A stretch of DNA of 48,119 nt from Thermoanaerobaculia bacterium (GTDB lineage: Bacteria > Acidobacteriota > Thermoanaerobaculia > Multivoradales > UBA5704): positions 1 to 48,119 of the forward strand of contig JBKKAU010000228.1 of assembly GCA_046714475.1 (NCBI GenBank), read 5' to 3'. Under the pieces are notes generated by a model. That model made no database searches. It saw only the letters and a list, made by a program, of their open reading frames with translations, and had not been told where the DNA came from. The first letter of the stretch is position 1; every line of letters starts with the position of its first letter. The translations under genes were made by a program, and so were the position numbers. Below, piece after piece: positions 42,709-48,119 of this stretch.

Positions 42709-44613
42709 CTACCACCCGATCCCGTAGTCCTCCCCGTAGTTGCTCGAGCCGCCCCACATCGTGCCGTGCTGGTGGTCGAGCTGGATGGCATTGATGGGAC
42801 CGGACGTCCGCTCCTCCGCCTCCACCTTGTAGCCCATCCGCTGCAGCTCTTCCCGCACCCAGGAGGGCGTGCTCGCGTGCACCGTCAGCCGCCCGGGCTG
42901 GGACTCGTGCTCGCCGAAGGAGCTGCGCATCTGGTAGCTCGTAATGTTCGGCCCCTCGGCCGCTTCCTGCACGTTCATCCCGAACTCGACGACGTTCAGG
43001 AAGAACTGGAGGAGGTTCTGGTCCTGGGTGTCGCCCCCCTGGACCGCGAAGGCCAGAAAGGGCTTGCCGTCCTTGACCGCCAGGCTGGGAGTGAGCGTCA
43101 CCCGCGGCAGCTTGCCGGGGACCAGCACGTTGAACGGGTTCTGCCCCTCGTCGAGGACGAAGCTCTGCATCCGCTGCGAGAGGCCGATGCCGGTACGGCC
43201 GGCGACGTAGGCCGGGATCCAGCCGCCGCTCGGCGTGGCGGAGACCACCCAACCCTCGGCGTCCGCCGCGACGATCGAGGTGGTGCCGGCGCGGAAGCCC
43301 TCGTCGAAGCTCATGCCGTCGGGCCGCTCCAGCCGCGCGTTGACCGGCTGCGTCCACTGCTTGCCCTCGGCCTCCGTCCCCCATCTCTCCAGCAGCGGCA
43401 GGTAGGGGTTCCTCTTCTTGTTGCCTTCGAAACAGTACGGATCGCCCGGCTTGATCGCGGGGTTGTTGCGGTCCGGGTTGATCTCGCGCCGGCGGGCCTC
43501 GGCGTAGGCCTTGGAGAGCAGCCCCTGGACCGGCTCCTCGGGTGGGAAGTACGGGTCGCCGTAGTAGAAGTCGCGGTCGGCGAAGGCCAGGTTCATGGCC
43601 TGGTAGAGGTTGTGGATGTAGCGCGCGCTGTTCAACCCCATGCCGCGCAGGTCCATGGGCTCGAGGATGTTCAGCGCCTGGAGAAGGGCCGGACCCTGGG
43701 TCCAGGTCGTCAGCTTGTAGACGTCGATCCCCTTGTAGGTGGTCTTGACCGGCTCCTCGATGCGCACCCGCCATTTCGCCAGGTCTTCCTTGGTGATGAG
43801 CCCGCCGCCTTCCTGGGTGCCGCGGGCGATCTCCTCGGCGATGTCCCCCTTGTAGAAGCGGTCGTAGGCGGCCTGGATCGCCTGCTTGCGGTCCTTGCCC
43901 TGGGCGAGGGCCTGGCGCTCGGCTTCGATCAGCTTGCGCAAGGTGGCGGCGAGGTCGGGCTGGCGGAAGACCTCGCCGGGCCGCGGCGCCTCGCGCTCCT
44001 CGCCCAGATGGGGGAAGAAGGCGGCGCGCGAGTAGGGCCACTCCTGGAGGCGCTTCTTCTCGCGCTCCAGGTGGTTGGCGAGCTGGGCCTCGATGGGGTA
44101 GCCGCCCTCGGCCATCTGGAGGGCCGGCCCGAGCACGTCGGCGAGGCTGAGCTTGCCGTACTCGGCCTGCATGACCATGAGCCCGCCGGGAGTGCCCGGC
44201 GTCACCGCCGCGAGCGGACCGAACTCGGGCGGATAGGCCATGTTCTTGCCGCGGTAGAGCTCGGGAGTGGCGCCGGTCGGGGCGACGCCCAGCGCGTTGA
44301 TGGCGATGACCTTGCGCGTCTTGGGGTTCCAGATCAGGACCTGGGTCTCGCCGCCCCAACCCAGGGTGTCCCACATGGTGCAGGTGGCGGCCAGCATGGC
44401 ATTGGCTGCGTCCACGGCGTTGCCCCCCTTCTGGAACATCATTGCCCCGGCGGTGGCCGCCAGCGGCTTGCCGGTGATCGCCAGCCAGTGGCGGGCATGG
44501 AGCACGGGCTTGGCGGTGCGCGCCGCACCGGGCCGGACGGCGAGGCCGGTGATCAGGAGCGCGACGGCGACGGTGAGCGGCGCGAGCCGCGGCATGGAGA
44601 AGCGGACCCCCAT
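42709..44613 (-). CDS. ggt: Gamma-glutamyltransferase
   Basis: 634 aa. Signal peptide, then GGNAVDAANAMLAA, the autoprocessing/nucleophile region GTTSIVAADAEGWVVSATPSGG and the late LAFAVQGGDTQDQ block. Confidence 0.9.
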   Translation of the reverse strand: MGVRFSMPRLAPLTVAVALLITGLAVRPGAARTAKPVLHARHWLAITGKPLAATAGAMMFQKGGNAVDAANAMLAATCTMWDTLGWGGETQVLIWNPKTRKVIAINALGVAPTGATPELYRGKNMAYPPEFGPLAAVTPGTPGGLMVMQAEYGKLSLADVLGPALQMAEGGYPIEAQLANHLEREKKRLQEWPYSRAAFFPHLGEEREAPRPGEVFRQPDLAATLRKLIEAERQALAQGKDRKQAIQAAYDRFYKGDIAEEIARGTQEGGGLITKEDLAKWRVRIEEPVKTTYKGIDVYKLTTWTQGPALLQALNILEPMDLRGMGLNSARYIHNLYQAMNLAFADRDFYYGDPYFPPEEPVQGLLSKAYAEARRREINPDRNNPAIKPGDPYCFEGNKKRNPYLPLLERWGTEAEGKQWTQPVNARLERPDGMSFDEGFRAGTTSIVAADAEGWVVSATPSGGWIPAYVAGRTGIGLSQRMQSFVLDEGQNPFNVLVPGKLPRVTLTPSLAVKDGKPFLAFAVQGGDTQDQNLLQFFLNVVEFGMNVQEAAEGPNITSYQMRSSFGEHESQPGRLTVHASTPSWVREELQRMGYKVEAEERTSGPINAIQLDHQHGTMWGGSSNYGEDYGIGW

Positions 44614-44619
44614 CGTTTT

Positions 44620-44638
44620 CTTCCTCCTCGGGAGGAAG
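44620..44638 (-). promoter_or_regulatory. Perfect 8-bp hairpin that includes the ggt Shine-Dalgarno sequence
   Basis: The minus-strand RNA reads CUUCCUCC-CGA-GGAGGAAG-AAAACG-AUG. The 3' arm is the SD. Confidence 0.3.
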
Positions 44639-44687
44639 CATAGCGCCGGATCGGAGCTGACGGACCGGGTTATCCTTCGACGGGGAG

Positions 44688-45296
44688 GTGGACATGGAGC
44701 TGACGCATGTCTTCTGCGACATCGGCGGGGTGCTGGGCACCAACGGCTGGGACCGGGAGCAGCGCGCCCGGGCCGTCGAGCGTTTCGGGTTGGATGGGGA
44801 GTTCGAGCGCCGCCATGGCGAGCTGGTGGGAGAGTGGGAGAGCGGCCGGATCACGCTGGACGAATACCTCGAGAGCGCGGTGTTCTACTGTCCCCGTCCC
44901 TGCACCGAGGGGGCTTTCACCGAGTTCATGCTCAGCCAGAGCGAGCCCTTCCCCGATTCCATCGCGATCGTGCGCCGGCTCGCCGAGCGCGGACGCGTGC
45001 GGCTGATGACGCTCAACAACGAGTCGGCGGAGCTGAACCGTTACCGGATCGAGCGCTTCGGACTGCGGGAGATCTTCGTCGCCTTTCTGTCGTCCTGCTG
45101 GCTCGGCGTGCGCAAGCCCGGCCGCCAGATCTTCGACCGCGCCCTGGGAATCGCCGAGGCCGATCCCCGGAGCGTGCTGTTCATCGACGACCGCGAGCAG
45201 AACCTCGCCCCCGCCCGCAAGCTGGGCTTCCAGACCCTCCTTTTCACAGGGGCGGTGGACCTGGAGCAGAGCCTGAGGGAGCAGGGCCTGCTGTAA
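44688..45296 (+). CDS. HAD-superfamily hydrolase
   Basis: 202 aa. Motif I is VFCDIGGVL (DxG variant) and the late motif is LFIDDREQN. Confidence 0.75.
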   Translation: MDMELTHVFCDIGGVLGTNGWDREQRARAVERFGLDGEFERRHGELVGEWESGRITLDEYLESAVFYCPRPCTEGAFTEFMLSQSEPFPDSIAIVRRLAERGRVRLMTLNNESAELNRYRIERFGLREIFVAFLSSCWLGVRKPGRQIFDRALGIAEADPRSVLFIDDREQNLAPARKLGFQTLLFTGAVDLEQSLREQGLL

Positions 45297-45332
45297 ACCG
45301 TTGCACGGCTTTTGCACGATGTCGGCACTGTC

Positions 45333-45770
45333 ATGCGGATCGCCCTCGGCCTCGCGATCGGGCTCCTGATCGGCATCGGCGCCTATACGTTCCTCTACGC
45401 CAAGGGGGCGTCGTACCTCACCAACGATCCGGCGGCCTGTGCCAACTGCCACATCATGGAGCCGCAGTACGACGGCTGGCTGGCCTCGCCCCACCGCGCC
45501 GTGGCGGGGTGCAACGACTGCCATACGCCGCCGGGGCTGATCCCCAAATACGCCACCAAGGCCTCCAACGGCTTCTGGCACTCCTACGCCTTCACCACCG
45601 GGCGGTTCCATGAGCCGATCCAGATCAAGGAGCGCAACCGCCGGGTCACCGAGAAGGCCTGCCGCAAGTGCCACGAGCCCATGGTGCTGGCGCTCGAAGG
45701 GGCGGACCCGCACCGGTCCGGCCAGGAGATCGCCTGCCTGCGATGCCATTCCGACGTCGGACACCCTTGA
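45333..45770 (+). CDS. nrfH: NrfH, NapC/NirT-family tetrahaem quinol dehydrogenase
   Basis: 145 aa from ATG 45333. TM anchor IALGLAIGLLIGIGAYTFLY. Four CxxCH (CANCH, CNDCH, CRKCH, CLRCH). Immediately upstream of nrfA. Confidence 0.85.
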   Translation: MRIALGLAIGLLIGIGAYTFLYAKGASYLTNDPAACANCHIMEPQYDGWLASPHRAVAGCNDCHTPPGLIPKYATKASNGFWHSYAFTTGRFHEPIQIKERNRRVTEKACRKCHEPMVLALEGADPHRSGQEIACLRCHSDVGHP

Positions 45771-45782
45771 AGAGGACGAGCG

Positions 45783-47192
45783 ATGGATAGGAACGCTGAG
45801 CCCAAACCCCGCCAAGGCTGGAAGCTGGTCGCCGTCACCGCCGTGGTCGCCGCCCTCGCCGCCGCGGGCGTGACCGCCCTGCTGGTCAACATCTTCGAGC
45901 GCAAGCAGGAAGCCCGCTATCCCTTCTACCGCGTCGTGGACCTCGACGATGACACGACCGACCCGGCGGTCTGGGGCAAGAACTTCCCCCTCCAGTACGA
46001 CGGCTACAAGCGCACCGTGGACCAGGTCCGCACCCGCTACGGCGGCAGCGAGGCCGTGCCGCGCACCCCCGACAAGGCCGACCCGCGCTCGGTCGTCGCC
46101 CAGTCGCGCCTGGAGGAGGACCCGCGCCTCAAGACCCTCTGGGCCGGCTACGCCTTCGCCCACGACTTTCGCGAAGAGCGCGGCCACGCCTTCATGCTGG
46201 AGGACCAGACGTTCACCCAGCGCCAGACCGTCAAGGCGCAGCCGGGCGCCTGCCTGCACTGCCACGCCTCCATGTATGTCCCCTACAAGAAGGCGGGCGG
46301 CGGCGACATCATCAAGGGTTTCGAAAAGCTCAACCCCATGCCCTACTTCGAGGCGCGCAAGCTGGTCGACCATCCGGTGGCCTGCATCGACTGCCACGAC
46401 CCCGAGACCATGCAGCTCCGCGTCACCCGCCCGGGGTTCATCGAGGGCATCCGCGCGCTGAAGGCCGGCCAGGGCATCGAAAACTACGACGTCAACACCC
46501 AGGCGACGCGGCAGGAGATGCGCGCCTACGTCTGCGGCCAGTGCCACGTCGAGTACCACTTCAAGGGGGAGGAGAAGCGGCTGACCTACCCCTGGAAGAA
46601 CGGCCTCAAGGTCGAGCAGATCCTGGCCTATTACGACGAGGAAGGGTTCAAGGACTGGCAGCACGCCGAGAGCGGCGCGCCGGTGCTCAAGGCGCAGCAC
46701 CCCGAGTTCGAGATGTGGAACCAGGGCATCCACGCCCGCAGCGGCGTGACCTGCGCCGACTGCCACATGCCCTACCAGCGGGTCGGGGCCTTGAAGATCA
46801 GCGATCACCACGTCCGCAGCCCGGTCCTCAACATCAACAACGCCTGCCAGACCTGTCACAAGTGGTCGGAAGAGGAGCTCAAGGCGCGGATCGAGATCAT
46901 CCAGGAGCGCACCTTCCGCATGCGCGGCCTTGCGATGGATGCGGCGGTCGCCCTGATCCAGGACATCAAGCGGGCGCAGGCCTCGGGCCTGCCGGAGCCG
47001 CAACTCGCCCGGGCCCGCGACTTCCAGCGCAAGGCGCAGTTCTACCTCGACTTCATCGAGGCCGAGAATTCAATGGGCTTCCACGCCGACCAGGAGGCGG
47101 TGCGTATCCTCGGCGAATCGATCGACTTCTCCCGCCGCGGGCAGGCGGTGCTGTCCGGCATGACGCTCGACGCTGGGTCAGCCTTCCGATAG
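45783..47192 (+). CDS. nrfA: NrfA, pentahaem ammonia-forming nitrite reductase (first haem motif CxxCH, not CxxCK)
   Basis: 469 aa. Five haem motifs: CLHCH, CIDCH, CGQCH, CADCH and CQTCH. NrfA blocks WAGYAFAHDFREERGHAFMLEDQ, YVCGQCHVEY and KAQHPEFEMW. Confidence 0.9.
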   Translation: MDRNAEPKPRQGWKLVAVTAVVAALAAAGVTALLVNIFERKQEARYPFYRVVDLDDDTTDPAVWGKNFPLQYDGYKRTVDQVRTRYGGSEAVPRTPDKADPRSVVAQSRLEEDPRLKTLWAGYAFAHDFREERGHAFMLEDQTFTQRQTVKAQPGACLHCHASMYVPYKKAGGGDIIKGFEKLNPMPYFEARKLVDHPVACIDCHDPETMQLRVTRPGFIEGIRALKAGQGIENYDVNTQATRQEMRAYVCGQCHVEYHFKGEEKRLTYPWKNGLKVEQILAYYDEEGFKDWQHAESGAPVLKAQHPEFEMWNQGIHARSGVTCADCHMPYQRVGALKISDHHVRSPVLNINNACQTCHKWSEEELKARIEIIQERTFRMRGLAMDAAVALIQDIKRAQASGLPEPQLARARDFQRKAQFYLDFIEAENSMGFHADQEAVRILGESIDFSRRGQAVLSGMTLDAGSAFR

Positions 47193-47377
47193 GAGCTCCA
47201 CCGACGCCTTATGGTACTCGGTGTGGCGGATGGCCCCGGCGCGCGGCTCGGAGAGCGCCATGGCGACCTCGATGGCGTGGACGTCCTTGGGGTAGGTGGG
47301 GATCAGGACTCGCATGGTCGCCAAGGGTACTGCAAGGTCCGCCCGACGAGGCGGGGGTCTGACATACTCCCTCTCCC

Positions 47378-48119
47378 ATGAGCGACCGCGCTCCCTCCGG
47401 CAAGATCCCTCCCGACCTCCGGCCCTCCTCCGGGCGCAAGCTACCCAAGGAGCTCCGCGCCGTACGGGTCGGAAGGCTCGCGCAGACCCTCTCCCGCGGC
47501 GTCCTGGACCCCGGCTTCGAGCCCCTTCTGCAGCGGATCGACGACGACGCGCCGGTCCTCGGCGGCAACCAGGTCGAGGTCTACTTCCGGGGCGAGGACG
47601 CCTTTCCGGCCATGTACGAGGCGGTCGCCGCCGCCCAGCGGGAGATCCTGCTGGAGTTCTTCGTCTTCCGCGGCGACGTCACCGGACGGCGGTTCCTGAA
47701 CGTCCTGGCGGAGGCCGCCGAGCGGGGCGTCACCGTCCACGTCCTGGCCGACGCCCTCGGCTCGCACAAGACCGAATCGGACTTCTGGCGCGAGATGGAG
47801 GCGCGGGGGATCGAGCTGCGGCTCTACAACCCGACGGTGCGCCGCTCCTGGCTCCTGCCGTTCCGCGACCACCGCAAGATCCTGACGATCGACCGCCGGG
47901 TCGGGTTTACCGGCGGCATGAACATCGGCGACGAATACGCCTCGCCGGACCCGGAGGAGAAAAGCTGGCGGGACACCCACGCCCGGGTCACGGGCCCGGC
48001 CGCCTGGGGCCTGGCGACCGTCTTCTGCGAGGAGTGGGGCCGCGCCGGCGGCTCGCCGGTTCCCATGGAGCCGATCTCGGACGAAGCCGCCGAGGCCCCG
48101 GGAGCGCGCATCCTGGTCC
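47378..48119 (+). CDS. Phospholipase D / cardiolipin synthase family protein (5' part; runs off the window end)
   Basis: Hand translation from ATG 47378: MSDRAPSGK...GGNQVEVYFRGEDAFPAMYEAVAAAQREILLEFFVF...FRDHRKILTIDRRVGFTGGMNIGDEY. It contains the first HKD motif (HRKILTID). Not in the ORF track because no stop is reached. Confidence 0.8.
   Translation, partial: MSDRAPSGKIPPDLRPSSGRKLPKELRAVRVGRLAQTLSRGVLDPGFEPLLQRIDDDAPVLGGNQVEVYFRGEDAFPAMYEAVAAAQREILLEFFVFRGDVTGRRFLNVLAEAAERGVTVHVLADALGSHKTESDFWREMEARGIELRLYNPTVRRSWLLPFRDHRKILTIDRRVGFTGGMNIGDEYASPDPEEKSWRDTHARVTGPAAWGLATVFCEEWGRAGGSPVPMEPISDEAAEAPGARILV

Noticed and set aside
45297-45332. Direct TTGCAC...TTGCAC repeat just upstream of nrfH, as a possible FNR/CRP-type box
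   Set aside because: It is a direct rather than inverted repeat and does not match TTGAT-N4-ATCAA. The 36-nt HAD-nrfH spacer may simply be co-transcribed.
47178-47315. 45-codon minus-strand ORF (MRVLIPTYPKDVHAIEVAMALSEPRAGAIRHTEYHKASVELLSEG) between nrfA and the PLD gene
   Set aside because: It is short, overlaps the nrfA 3' end by 15 nt, has no recognisable family and no clear RBS. The evidence is insufficient.

Overview
This is a high-G+C, gene-dense bacterial chromosomal window. All calls come from reading the ORF translations and the DNA by eye; no database search was run. About 45 CDS are supportable. I recognised no rRNA, tRNA, CRISPR array, transposase or integrase.

Layout:
- 1-2384: Mo-pterin oxidoreductase large subunit plus 2Fe-2S subunit.
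- 2.4-12.5 kb: an accessory-looking islet with visibly lower G+C patches. It holds HicA/HicB/DUF2283, a PhyH dioxygenase, a three-gene TerB / P-loop ATPase / Lhr-like helicase module (Shango-type SngABC architecture), a 42-bp phased tandem repeat array, a YegS/DAGK-like lipid kinase and VapBC.
- 12.5-17.2 kb: a CRTAC1/ASPIC FG-GAP protein coupled to a membrane-anchored pentahaem-TPR protein.
- 17.3-21.3 kb: a second lipid kinase, a peptidase C-terminal remnant, a PaaZ-like aldehyde dehydrogenase, DinB, and a low-G+C islet encoding a Cys-rich secreted protein.
- 21.4-27.9 kb: a tightly coupled five-gene operon. It encodes a dihaem-b-like membrane protein, a 23-haem cytochrome, a 10-haem cytochrome, an outer-membrane beta-barrel and a membrane-anchored ferredoxin/FNR-like flavoprotein.
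- 28-34.7 kb: housekeeping-type genes (hydrolase, TauE, sulfatase-like lipoprotein, ABC1 kinase, DMT).
- 34.7-39.8 kb: an unknown two-gene pair (transglutaminase-like 414 aa plus 161 aa) divergent from an EndoQ-like PHP nuclease fused to a UvrD helicase.
- 39.9-48.1 kb: small lipoprotein, GNAT, LOG, a TA-like nucleotidyltransferase pair, GGT, HAD, NrfH/NrfA and a partial PLD/cardiolipin synthase.

The two strongest system-level candidates are the porin-cytochrome-like operon wired to a cytoplasmic FeS-flavoprotein (21428-27898) and the Shango-type module with its adjacent repeat array (4541-10731).
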